Assembly: GCA_963752075.1 (NCBI GenBank)
Contig: CAVVWO010000002.1
Coordinates: 259,993 to 323,992 of the forward strand
Source of the DNA: an uncultured Acidimicrobiia bacterium
Lineage (GTDB): Bacteria; Actinomycetota; Acidimicrobiia; Spongiisociales; JAENVV01
Length of the DNA: 64,000 bases
Direction of reading: 5' to 3'
The translations under genes and the position numbers were made by a program. The notes beneath the pieces were generated by a model, which saw nothing but the letters and a program-made list of their open reading frames with translations, ran no database searches and was not told the DNA's origin. Numbering within the stretch: the stretch's first letter is position 1; every line of letters begins with the position of its first letter. Positions 38,892 through 49,682 of this stretch are shown here, piece by piece.

Positions 38892-39380
38892 CTACCGCAG
38901 ATGCGGCACCGAACGCCCACCGAGCGATCCGACCGCTTCGACACCGTCGAATCGCCAACCTTGTACCTCATAGAAGCGCCGGGCCGCCACATTCTCGGGA
39001 AGCACCCGGAGACCGATCGACCGAGAAAACACGTCGCTGCGCAGCTCGGCAACCGCCGAGCGGAGCAACGCGCTTCCATGGCCGGCGCGCCAGGAGTCGG
39101 GCCGTAGGTACAGGGAATACACCTCCCCCACCCGATCGGCATCGAAGGCGTCGACCGCCGACCCGAAGGAGACGAACCCAATCACTCCATCGCCCGAGAT
39201 GGCCACTCGAACCGACCCACGCTCGAGAAAGGCTCCCCGCCAGCGCCGCTCCGCTCGGCCGACATCGAGATCCTCCAGATAATCTTGGTCGATGATTCCC
39301 TCATAGGCGGCCTTCCATGAAGAGACTTCCACCTCGGCAATCGACCACGCGTCGTCGATGGTGGCCACCCTGACTGTCAC
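38892..39380 (-). CDS. GNAT-family N-acetyltransferase
   Basis: 162 aa with acetyl-CoA binding motif A region (VYSLYLRPDSWRAGHGSALLRSAV) and a C-terminal RFYEVQGWRF. Confidence 0.7.
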   Translation of the reverse strand: MTVRVATIDDAWSIAEVEVSSWKAAYEGIIDQDYLEDLDVGRAERRWRGAFLERGSVRVAISGDGVIGFVSFGSAVDAFDADRVGEVYSLYLRPDSWRAGHGSALLRSAVAELRSDVFSRSIGLRVLPENVAARRFYEVQGWRFDGVEAVGSLGGRSVPHLR

Positions 39381-39957
39381 GAGACCGGAGGAGGATCCGC
39401 CGAGCCGGACTCACCTTCCACGAGCCCCTCCTCGGCCGCGACGAGTCGGGTGCTGGGAATCCGCCTTCGGACCAGCGGCCCAAAAGGCCAAAAGCGACAG
39501 CCGCGGCAGCGCCGAACGCCACGGCCAGCCAGAGGTTCCGACGGATGGCGGCCGTGATGATGCCGTCATCCTCGGGGATCTCCGGCGCCGGTTGCAGAAG
39601 GCTGGGTTCGACAGCGAACCCGAGGACGGCCGGATCGACGCCCAACTCACTCAAGGTCAACGGGCGGGACACGATGGCCCTACCGCCATCGAGGATCTCA
39701 AAAACCACCACCAGGTCGGCCCGCTCCAACTTGGCCGAGGCGGCAAAGACCCCTCCGGTGCGAGCGTTCATGGGCAAGGTGAGTTGGTCGTCCCCGGGAT
39801 CGATCACATGGACGACCACCGAGGTGGCCCCGGGAGCCTCGACCTCGATCTCGACCGAAATTCCCCCGTCGCCCGCGTCGACACCCTCGGCGACCGCCTC
39901 GCCGAACGCCCCACCGACCGGGACCAGGAGAAGAAGGACCAGCAGAAGCGAGTGCAT
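39301..39957 (-). CDS. hypothetical secreted / C-terminally anchored protein
   Basis: 218 aa. The signal peptide is MHSLLLVLLLLVPVGGAFGEA and a late TM helix is LWLAVAFGAAAAVAFGLL. The last about 45 residues are Arg-rich, look out of frame, and overlap the GNAT start by 80 nt, so the 3' end is uncertain. Confidence 0.4.
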   Translation of the reverse strand: MHSLLLVLLLLVPVGGAFGEAVAEGVDAGDGGISVEIEVEAPGATSVVVHVIDPGDDQLTLPMNARTGGVFAASAKLERADLVVVFEILDGGRAIVSRPLTLSELGVDPAVLGFAVEPSLLQPAPEIPEDDGIITAAIRRNLWLAVAFGAAAAVAFGLLGRWSEGGFPAPDSSRPRRGSWKVSPARRILLRSRDSQGGHHRRRVVDCRGGSLFMEGRL

Positions 39958-40028
39958 CCCCAGACGATACCCCCAACCCGGACCGAGGCCGCCTACCGGA
40001 ACGGCCTTCCGGGTCGGGCCATTCGACC

Positions 40029-40580
40029 GTGGCGAGGCTGCCTACCCGGCGAGACGATACGAACAACAACCCGACACGGGCTCGGATGGCTGTGCCCGCG
40101 AGGAGGAGCATCGTGGAAACCCTCACCAGAACTCCCGATCTCAAAGCGGCAGTTCCCGAAACGGTGAGACGGACGGGTCGGCGGTTCGGCTACACCGTGG
40201 CGATCGCCGTCAACATCGGTTTGATCTACGTCGTTCAGAACCTCCTGGAGTGGGACTGGGTGCCCTTCCTGACCAACGATTTCGAACGCCTGGTGGGCAT
40301 AGTCACCTTTTCGCTGGTGGCCTCGTCGGTGGTCAACCTTCTATGGATCGCCTTCGACAAAGCTTGGTTCAAGTCGCTCGGCCAGCTGGCGATCAACATC
40401 ATCAGTCTCGCCGTCACGCTCCGCACCTACCGCGTGTTCCCCTTCGATCTGTCGAGCGGCTGGGAGACCACCGGAAGGGTGATGCTCGTGCTCTTCATCC
40501 TGGCCCTCGGAATCGCCACGATGGTGGAGCTCGTGAGGCTGGTGACGGCGCCGATCCGGATGATGGCCCGGTCCGACTGA
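40029..40580 (+). CDS. hypothetical 4-TM membrane protein
   Basis: 183-aa ORF with four hydrophobic helices (YTVAIAVNIGLIYVV, GIVTFSLVASSVVNLLWIAF, LGQLAINIISLAVTL, VMLVLFILALGIATMV). ATG 40086 is a possible alternative start. Confidence 0.5.
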   Translation: MARLPTRRDDTNNNPTRARMAVPARRSIVETLTRTPDLKAAVPETVRRTGRRFGYTVAIAVNIGLIYVVQNLLEWDWVPFLTNDFERLVGIVTFSLVASSVVNLLWIAFDKAWFKSLGQLAINIISLAVTLRTYRVFPFDLSSGWETTGRVMLVLFILALGIATMVELVRLVTAPIRMMARSD

Positions 40581-40763
40581 CCGGCGCTTCGGCACCCCGG
40601 CGAGACCCAGGGAATGACAGGTCGCCGGCTATCCGCGGCGGTTGACGCTCCCCGACGAGCCGTAGACTGCCAGAACCGGGTTCACCCTCGTATGGCCACT
40701 TCGGACGATGGGAATGTTGCAGACCGCCCGTGCAGTTGTTCTCTCTGACGACGAAGGACCACC

Positions 40764-41471
40764 ATGACGCTGACCAGTGATCAAATCGACACCCTCATCG
40801 AACGCGACGCCAATCACCATTGTGAGGGCGCCGATGGAACCTGCGTTTCTTTGGCCGGCGTCGCCGACCTGCCCTCGCGGTTCGGTGTCTTCCAGGCGGC
40901 GGCGTTCTACAACAATGTCGACGAAAAGGAGCACACGGCCTTCTTTCGTGGCGATATCTGCGGCCAGGAGAACGTCCCCGTCCGACTCCACTCCGAATGC
41001 CTCACCGGAGACGCCATCGGCTCGCTCCGTTGCGACTGCCGCGACCAACTCGAGTCGGCGCTCCGCCACATCGGACAGTTGGAGACCGGGATCCTCCTCT
41101 ACCTCCGTCAGGAGGGACGCGGCATCGGCCTCACCAACAAGATCCGGGCGTACGGACTCCAAGATCAGGGCCTCGACACGGTCGAAGCGAACCTGGCGCT
41201 GGGATTCCCTGACGATTCTCGCGATTACGGGGTAGCTGCCCACATGCTGCATTCACTCCAGGTACGGTCGATCAAGCTCATGACCAACAACCCCAGGAAG
41301 GTGGCGGGACTCGAAGCCCATGGCGTCACGATCACAGAACGGCTTCCCCATGTGATGGAGCCGACCGATTTGAATCGAGATTACCTCGCCACCAAGGTGG
41401 CCAAGTCCGGTCATCTGATCGGCGTCAACGAGCAGGGCGAACCCATCCCCACGGTCGGTTCTACCCCTTAG
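40764..41471 (+). CDS. ribA: GTP cyclohydrolase II
   Basis: 235 aa with VRLHSECLTGDAIGSLRCDCRDQL (zinc Cys triad region), YLRQEGRGIGLTNKIRAY and MTNNPRK. Confidence 0.85.
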   Translation: MTLTSDQIDTLIERDANHHCEGADGTCVSLAGVADLPSRFGVFQAAAFYNNVDEKEHTAFFRGDICGQENVPVRLHSECLTGDAIGSLRCDCRDQLESALRHIGQLETGILLYLRQEGRGIGLTNKIRAYGLQDQGLDTVEANLALGFPDDSRDYGVAAHMLHSLQVRSIKLMTNNPRKVAGLEAHGVTITERLPHVMEPTDLNRDYLATKVAKSGHLIGVNEQGEPIPTVGSTP

Positions 41472-41514
41472 TCAGGCGACGCTACTCTTGGCGACCAATC
41501 GATGGAGATAGGCC

Positions 41515-43543
<2,029 letters not shown>

Positions 43544-43551
43544 CGCGACCG

Positions 43552-44121
43552 ATGGCCCGGACCGTCCTCCTCGTGATGATGGCCACACTGTTGACAGGCT
43601 GCTCGTTGCTCCGAGGCGGTTCGGACGGCATCGACATCCAACCCCCGGATCGACCTGAGCGGTTCGAGTTCTTCATGCAACCAGGCACCGGCACAGGTCC
43701 CCACGCCGACGAGTTGGCATTGACCATGAACGGCCAAGACGCCATCGTCCCCGGTAGCGCAGTTCACCTGGCCCAAGTCGAGACACCGATCGGCCGACTG
43801 GATCTGGTGTCGGCAATGGCCGGCAGCATGAATTGCCTTGGAACCATCGAGCGGACCGGCGCCAGCGCTACGTGTGGGCCGGGATCGATCGAGGAATCCT
43901 TCGCGGACGTCGGCGGATGGGCTTCGGACGGGACATGGAACAACACGCAACTCCATGGACCCGAAGGTACCTCGCAGATGAGAATCACGGTCATGGACGG
44001 CACCGAATACCTTGTTCACACCCACCTACGGTGGGGCGCCTTCGCCTGGGCAGCGACCCACGGAGCACCTGAGTCGGTCATCTACTTCGATGAGCAGGGT
44101 GAGGTCATCGAAGCCGAGTAG
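43552..44121 (+). CDS. hypothetical lipoprotein
   Basis: 189 aa with signal peptide and lipobox MARTVLLVMMATLLTGC. No family recognised. Confidence 0.55.
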   Translation: MARTVLLVMMATLLTGCSLLRGGSDGIDIQPPDRPERFEFFMQPGTGTGPHADELALTMNGQDAIVPGSAVHLAQVETPIGRLDLVSAMAGSMNCLGTIERTGASATCGPGSIEESFADVGGWASDGTWNNTQLHGPEGTSQMRITVMDGTEYLVHTHLRWGAFAWAATHGAPESVIYFDEQGEVIEAE

Positions 44122-44165
44122 GTTCGCTTGTATCGAACATATGTTCGGAGTATTCTCTTCGCACC

Positions 44166-45212
44166 ATGTCGAACCTCCGGTGGAAGCTGCGCGAAGAGTC
44201 CGAGGATCAGCTCGCCATGTTCGGCCCGGTGCGGCGCCAGGTCGGGAAGGGCGAGTACCGCGGTTTGGAGTTCCTCGAGGTCGAGGCCAAGAGCATCGTC
44301 ACCAAGGTGCCCGGTCCACCGCGGTTCGGCTTCTCATACACCATCAACCCCTATCGGGGTTGTTCCCACGCCTGCACCTATTGTTTCGCCCGTCCTACCC
44401 ATGAGTATCTCGGCCTCGACGCCGGCCGGGATTTCGACACCAAGATCGTGGTCAAGACCAATGCCGTGGAACTGGCTCGCCATGAGACGGCTCCGGCCCG
44501 CTGGAGGGGCCACCTCATCGCCCTGGGCACGAACACCGACCCCTACCAGGCGGCCGAGGGGAAGTACCGACTCACCCGGGGCATCCTGGAGGTGATGGCC
44601 GATCATCGAAATCCCGTTTCGATTCTGACGAAGTCACCGCTGATCCTGCGGGACGTCGATGTCCTCGCCGAACTCGCTCGATCAAGCGATCTTCGGGTGG
44701 CGTTCTCGATCGGCAGCCTGGACGAAGACGTCTGGAAGGCAACGGAACCGGGAACTCCGCACCCGCAGCGGCGGATGGACACGGTCGCCAAGCTCAACGA
44801 GAAGGGGCTCTCGACGGGCGTACTGATCGGCCCCATCATCCCCGGGCTTTCTGACGACACCCGTGAGATCGGGGCAGTGGTGGCCGCAGCCCGAGCAGCC
44901 GGCGCCGCCTCGATCGGGGGCGTCCCACTGCACCTTCGGCCGGTCATCAAAGAGCACTATCTCGCTACGCTCGCCCAGACGCACCCTGAAGTCGCCGAGC
45001 AGACCCGACGTTTGTACGGCGAACGGACCAACGCCCCACCAGCCGTACAGGACAGGATCATGGAATCGGTCAGGAAGGCGCAAGGAAAAGGACCCGGACG
45101 GCCGTCGCGGCAGGTGCCCGCCGCTCGACGGAGCCCCCGGGACAACCAACAGCTGAGCCTGCTTGCCCTGGAACCTTGCCCGCCAAGCTCGCGGGCGTCC
45201 GAACCCCGCTGA
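44166..45212 (+). CDS. radical SAM protein (Rv2578c / SPL-like family)
   Basis: 348 aa with a CxxxCxxC cluster (YRGCSHACTYCFARPTHEY) near the N-terminus. Confidence 0.7.
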   Translation: MSNLRWKLREESEDQLAMFGPVRRQVGKGEYRGLEFLEVEAKSIVTKVPGPPRFGFSYTINPYRGCSHACTYCFARPTHEYLGLDAGRDFDTKIVVKTNAVELARHETAPARWRGHLIALGTNTDPYQAAEGKYRLTRGILEVMADHRNPVSILTKSPLILRDVDVLAELARSSDLRVAFSIGSLDEDVWKATEPGTPHPQRRMDTVAKLNEKGLSTGVLIGPIIPGLSDDTREIGAVVAAARAAGAASIGGVPLHLRPVIKEHYLATLAQTHPEVAEQTRRLYGERTNAPPAVQDRIMESVRKAQGKGPGRPSRQVPAARRSPRDNQQLSLLALEPCPPSSRASEPR

Positions 45213-45218
45213 TTGGTT

Positions 45219-47102
45219 CTAGTCGCTCGTGGTTCGAGCGGCCACAGGCAGAGACAAGGAGAACACGCTCCATTCGTCTCTCCTCGAGTAGACGAGGTCG
45301 CCCCCCATCAGTTGAGCCAGCCGCTTGCTCACGGTGAGGCCGAGCCCGACCGAGGCGGGTTGGCCTTGCCGGTCATGGGCCCGCTGGTATGGCTCAAAGA
45401 CGATATCGTAATCCTGCTTCTCGAGGCCGGGACCGTCATCACAGACTTCGAGTTGAACTAGTTCGCCATTCAGCGCCAGTTCGACCCGCACCCGTTCGCC
45501 TCCATATCGCATGGCATTGGTGAGGAGGTTCCGAATGATCTGACGAAGGCGACCTGGGTCGCACCAAGCCAGAGGCGTCCCCCCTGTGATCACCAAGTCC
45601 TGCTCGGTTTCAAGTCCACCGAACACTGCTTGGATGTGCGCCACAAGGTCGACGGATTCGGGGAGCACAGTGATCATGTCGATGTCCGCCCGTGCGATGA
45701 CCAAGAGATCTTCGACGATGTTGGACACCTCGTTCCCCTGGCCGGCAATCAAGCCGATGAATTCGTGGAGTTCGTCGGCTGTGAATTGTCCAAAGTTGTC
45801 CTTCAACTCGTTGGCCAACCCGACCACGACGGTGAGAGGCGTTCGAAGTTCGTGGCTGACGCTGGCAATGAACTCATCCTTGGAGCGAATCAACTGCTCG
45901 AGTTTCTCGTAGGCTGCCCGCCGCTCCCAGAAGACCGCGATCATCTCCGACACGGTTTGAAGAAATTCGACTTCTTCGTCGTCCCACTCCCTTTCTGAAA
46001 TGCGATCGGTGAACCCGACGAGTCCAACCCACTCACCACCGACGAAGATCGGGATGTTGAGCTCCGACTTCGCGTCTGTCCTCGAATAGGTCTCGGCCTC
46101 CACACCAGTGAGGTCCCTGATGAGGAAGGCAAACGACTCGCCTCGCGACAAGTGCCAGTGCGAGATCGGCATCGACGACCAGGGGACCAGCTCCCACACG
46201 TCCGTCAAACCTGCGTCCGGCGCTTCCTGGACTATCGACGAGCACCATCCCAGATCGGGATGCTCGACATTTCGTTCAACGAAGACCGACCCGGACTCCG
46301 TTGCCTCCAGCAGGATGTTCAAAGCCACAGCGAGGGCGTCTTCGGCTCCGGATCCAAGCAGCGCCGTCGAGCATCGGGAGAGGGCTTGCTCGTGACGAAT
46401 GCGCCTCTCCTGTTGTTGGAGGTTCGCTCGGAGGAGAGCCTCAGAGTCTGCCCGGTCCCAGTATGAGCCGATCAAAGCGGCGGCCACCTCGAGAAGCTGG
46501 ATATCCCCATCCGACCAGACTCGTTCCTCGATCATGTCGGCGAACCCAATGAGCCCCACCCATCGATCCTGCACGAAGATCGGGATGTCGAGTTCCGAAA
46601 CCACCGGGAACGGATCTTCGAGATAGAGGTCTCGTTCCGGACCGGTGAGTTCGGCCACGAGGAAGGAGAAGGACTTCCCCGTTTCCAAGGCCGAGCGCGA
46701 CGTGGGCATCCTGTCCCAGGGAACCAGACTCCAGTAATCGTCGGCCATACTTTCATCCGAGGGGATGCGTTCAACTTCCTCGACGGTGCGAGAGCAGAGA
46801 CCCAGCTCGGGATCCTCGATATTCCGCTCGACGAATGCGTAGGTCACATCAGTCGCCTTCAAGAGCGCCTCGAGAACCACCTTCAGGGCGGAGTCACGCT
46901 GTGAGGTCAGGAGCGCCCGGGCCGATTCCGCGAGGGCGTGTTCGTACCGGAGACGGCTGTCCGTCTCCCACACAAGGTCACTGAGGTCGTTCTCGAGCAG
47001 ATGGAGCGACTCGGCTGATGGGGGCACCACCCCGCGGGATTGCCGCTCAGCTGAAGGCGCCGGATCGCCCGAGCTCGCCTCCATCTCATAAGGCAAAACC
47101 AT
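45219..47102 (-). CDS. cytoplasmic sensor histidine kinase with two tandem GAF-like domains
   Basis: 627 aa with no TM segment. Two paralogous sensory modules are present (...FVERNIEDPELGLCS...DIPIFVQDRWVGLIGFAD... and ...FVERNVEHPDLGWCS...NIPIFVGGEWVGLVGFTD...). The H-box is SHELRTPLT, the N-box is LLTNAMRY and the G-boxes are DDGPGL and GLGLTVSKRLAQLMGG. Confidence 0.8.
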   Translation of the reverse strand: MVLPYEMEASSGDPAPSAERQSRGVVPPSAESLHLLENDLSDLVWETDSRLRYEHALAESARALLTSQRDSALKVVLEALLKATDVTYAFVERNIEDPELGLCSRTVEEVERIPSDESMADDYWSLVPWDRMPTSRSALETGKSFSFLVAELTGPERDLYLEDPFPVVSELDIPIFVQDRWVGLIGFADMIEERVWSDGDIQLLEVAAALIGSYWDRADSEALLRANLQQQERRIRHEQALSRCSTALLGSGAEDALAVALNILLEATESGSVFVERNVEHPDLGWCSSIVQEAPDAGLTDVWELVPWSSMPISHWHLSRGESFAFLIRDLTGVEAETYSRTDAKSELNIPIFVGGEWVGLVGFTDRISEREWDDEEVEFLQTVSEMIAVFWERRAAYEKLEQLIRSKDEFIASVSHELRTPLTVVVGLANELKDNFGQFTADELHEFIGLIAGQGNEVSNIVEDLLVIARADIDMITVLPESVDLVAHIQAVFGGLETEQDLVITGGTPLAWCDPGRLRQIIRNLLTNAMRYGGERVRVELALNGELVQLEVCDDGPGLEKQDYDIVFEPYQRAHDRQGQPASVGLGLTVSKRLAQLMGGDLVYSRRDEWSVFSLSLPVAARTTSD

Positions 47103-47226
47103 ACGTAATAGTCGGTCACAACACCCTCGCCCTTGAGCCGTCCGGACGATACGTACGATGTCACCAGGCTACAGACCGATCAGCAATGGAAAGCCACTGC
47201 GGTGTTTCGCGCGGCAGAATGGTCTC

Positions 47227-47700
47227 ATGTCCACGCCGGCCATCGATGCCCTCGAACGGGCCCACATCGAGTTCACAGAGCACCCGTACGACGGATCTGC
47301 CCTCGACGACACCCTCTCCTATGGGGAGGCGGTCGCCGCCCAACTCGGCGTAGCACCGGAGCGGCTCTTCAAGACCCTCATCACAAATGTAGATGGCGTG
47401 TTGACCGTCGGGATCGTTCCCGTTGCAGGAACCCTCGATCTGAAACGATTGGCGAAGGCCGCCGGAGGCAAAAAGGCCACCATGGCCGATCGAGCATCCG
47501 CCGAACGAGCCACCGGCTACGTCACTGGCGGGATTTCGCCTTTCGGCCAGCGGAAGCAATTGTCGGTCGTCGTTGACCGGTCCGTGTTCGACCACGAACG
47601 GATCTTCGTTTCGGGCGGAAAGCGGGGTCTCCAGATCGAAGTCGACCCGGCCGCCTTCACGACCGTGCTCGGGGCACGATTCGGAAGCATCGCTGGATAA
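47227..47700 (+). CDS. ybaK: Cys-tRNA(Pro)/Cys-tRNA(Cys) deacylase (YbaK family)
   Basis: 157 aa from ATG 47227 (MSTPAIDALERAHIEFTEHPYD...). It contains the KTL motif (LFKTLI) and GGISPFG. The track start at 47158 adds 23 residues. Confidence 0.75.
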   Translation: MSTPAIDALERAHIEFTEHPYDGSALDDTLSYGEAVAAQLGVAPERLFKTLITNVDGVLTVGIVPVAGTLDLKRLAKAAGGKKATMADRASAERATGYVTGGISPFGQRKQLSVVVDRSVFDHERIFVSGGKRGLQIEVDPAAFTTVLGARFGSIAG

Positions 47701-48004
47701 GGGGCAAATCGGAAGCAGCCGGGGGGTCTGCGCTGGAAGCACGCGAACCGGAAAACCCGAGGGGTCGGCCGGCGCCTTGGGCTGGGAGGCTATGCAAAAC
47801 CCACGAGGGGTAGTTACTTGGCGCCGACCGACACTCTCGGACTCGTTGACCCCGGCGAGCCGGGATCAACGTAACTTCGAACCCAACTGGGAAAGCGGGG
47901 ATTGAAGTCGCCTTCAGAATGCGGGAAGGAGTGCTAACCCGTCCATGCAGCCAGGTTAAGGAGGGGTTAAACACACGAGATCCCTGCTGTAGCCAACACC
48001 CTCC
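47701..48004. ncRNA. candidate structured non-coding RNA / regulatory region, class unknown
   Basis: This is the longest non-coding gap in the window, with stops in all frames. Hairpin 1 pairs 47757-47776 with 47820-47840 (about 20 bp, one mismatch, one bulged A, 43-nt apical region). Hairpin 2 spans 47845-47870 (11-bp stem GTTGACCCCGG/CCGGGATCAAC including G-U pairs, loop CGAG). Smaller hairpins lie at 47921-47939 and 47934-47969. Confidence 0.3.
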
Positions 48005-48814
48005 GTGACAGAACAGCCCGTCCTACCTCTCTCCGTGAGCGCTTCTGATACCCCTGCGTTGAGCATTACCCTCCAGTCGATGGAGTATCACCCGAACCCT
48101 CCCGTGCCCGTCAACCGGGCGGTGATGATGCAGAGCTGGAATCAGCTCACCTTCATCCATTGGCCCTACGACCCCGAGATCGTGCGAGCGGTATTGCCGC
48201 CCGGGCTCGAACCCGATGTCTTCGAGGGCCAAACCTGGGTCGGACTCGTCCCGTTCAAGATGAACCACATTCGAGTGCCCTACGGCCCGCCGCTTCCGTG
48301 GCTCTCATCGTTTCCGGAGACCAACATCCGTCTCTACGTGCGGGGTCCGGACGGCCGCGACGGGGTCTACTTCCGCTCCCTCGACATCACGCGGTTGGTC
48401 CCGACCGTCGTGGCGCGCACCACCTACCGCCTCCCCTACATGTGGTCCACGATGGAGATCACCGCCGGCGAGAACCGGATCGAATACGGTGGCCGTCGCC
48501 GCTGGCCCGGTCCCAGAGGTGCGGGCGCCCGCGCAGAGGTGGTCATCGGGCCGCCCATCCCACCCGAAAAGCTGACTCGTTTCGACCACTATCTGACGGC
48601 CCGATGGGGGCTGTGGACGAAGCTGAAACGAGGCCTGTCGTACGCGCCGGTCGAACATCCACCCTGGCCACTCCACCGCGCCGAACTCATCCGCCTCGAC
48701 GAGTCGCTCGTGGAAGCGGCCGGCCTACCGCGTCCCATCGGCGACCCGGTAGTCCACTACTCGCCCGGTGTCACCGTGCGGATCGGCACTCCCCGAGTGA
48801 TCGCCGAGCACTAG
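48005..48814 (+). CDS. DUF2071 (YqjF-like) family protein
   Basis: 269 aa with WNQLTFIHWPYDPEIV...WVGLVPFKM...FPETNIRLYV, characteristic of DUF2071. The GTG at 48005 is the first possible start after an in-frame TAG and has no Shine-Dalgarno. Confidence 0.65.
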   Translation: MTEQPVLPLSVSASDTPALSITLQSMEYHPNPPVPVNRAVMMQSWNQLTFIHWPYDPEIVRAVLPPGLEPDVFEGQTWVGLVPFKMNHIRVPYGPPLPWLSSFPETNIRLYVRGPDGRDGVYFRSLDITRLVPTVVARTTYRLPYMWSTMEITAGENRIEYGGRRRWPGPRGAGARAEVVIGPPIPPEKLTRFDHYLTARWGLWTKLKRGLSYAPVEHPPWPLHRAELIRLDESLVEAAGLPRPIGDPVVHYSPGVTVRIGTPRVIAEH

Positions 48815-48821
48815 GTGAGGT

Positions 48822-49628
48822 TCAGACCGGATGGAACCAGGGTCCGCCCGATCCCCGCTCCTCCAGCAGTTCGCGGAGGAGATCAGGTCGATCGGTGATG
48901 AGCCCATCAACGCCCAGGTCGAGCAGCTCGGCCATGTCATCGGGGTCGTTGATGGTCCACACATGAACCTGCTTACCGAGCTTCCGAGCCGCCTCGACCA
49001 CCACTCGGTCGACGACCGTGACCCGCCCCTGCCGGACCGGCACCTGGAGGGCATCCGCCCGGATGGCGGCCGACCGCCCGGCTCGAGCAGAGAGTACGAA
49101 TCGAAGCGTTTCGAGGGGGCCGGCGGAGGTCGCCACCCGATCGCCGGCGAGCGTTCGGAACCTGCGGAGCCGGACATCACTGAACGAACCGACGATGACC
49201 CGGTCCCACAGTTTGAATTGCTCGATGGCGGCGACCAAGGGCGCCTCGAGTCCAGGTTGCTTGAGGTCAAGGGTGATCACGGCTCCGGGGAAGGTCGTCA
49301 CCAATTCTTCGAGGGTCGGGATGGTCACACCGGTTCCCCGCTCGGGGAAGTGATGCATCGAATCGAATCGGAAACCGGCGTCGAGTTTCCGTAGATCGGC
49401 CAGATGGCGCTGCCACACCTTGCCTTTCCCGTCCGTGGTGCGCTCGAGCGTATCGTCGTGGAGGCACACCAGCGCCCCGTCAGCCGAAATATGCAGGTCC
49501 GTCTCCAGATAGCGGTATCCGAGGTCGACCGCCCCTTGAAAGGCCATCATCGTGTTCTCAGGCCACAGCGTCCGTGACCCTCGATGGGCAATGGCAATCG
49601 GGTGCTCGTGGGCGAGTGCGGGCTTCAT
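48822..49628 (-). CDS. glycerophosphodiester phosphodiesterase
   Basis: 268 aa with IAHRGSRTLWPENTMMAF...YLETDLHISADGALVCLHDDTLERTT (GDPD catalytic His/Glu/Asp motifs). Confidence 0.8.
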   Translation of the reverse strand: MKPALAHEHPIAIAHRGSRTLWPENTMMAFQGAVDLGYRYLETDLHISADGALVCLHDDTLERTTDGKGKVWQRHLADLRKLDAGFRFDSMHHFPERGTGVTIPTLEELVTTFPGAVITLDLKQPGLEAPLVAAIEQFKLWDRVIVGSFSDVRLRRFRTLAGDRVATSAGPLETLRFVLSARAGRSAAIRADALQVPVRQGRVTVVDRVVVEAARKLGKQVHVWTINDPDDMAELLDLGVDGLITDRPDLLRELLEERGSGGPWFHPV

Positions 49629-49682
49629 ACGGCGCCTGATTGTAGGAGGCCATCAGATTGTGCCGTGCCGTAGGATGACTGC

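Noticed and set aside
40581-40763. FMN (RFN) riboswitch upstream of ribA
   Set aside because: Only loose resemblance (ACUUCGGACGAUGGGAAUG versus the AGUCCGGAUGG end of RFN). The highly conserved 5' half (GGGUGAAAUUCCC...ACCGGCGGU) and the CCGACGGU core are absent.
47701-48004. tRNA-Sec, tmRNA, RNase P RNA, SRP RNA and cobalamin or guanidine-I riboswitches in the long intergenic gap
   Set aside because: There is no cloverleaf with a UCA anticodon in a proper 7-nt loop (CUUCAGA has G at position 37 and no stem). GAGGAAAGUCC (RNase P), a tRNA-like 3' end or tag ORF (tmRNA), the GGAA-tetraloop/AGCA domain IV (SRP) and the B12 box GCCACUG are all absent. GUCCGAGAG occurs on the minus strand, but the ACACGG...GGGA..CCCGGGAGA half of the guanidine-I element is missing and no minus-strand gene follows.
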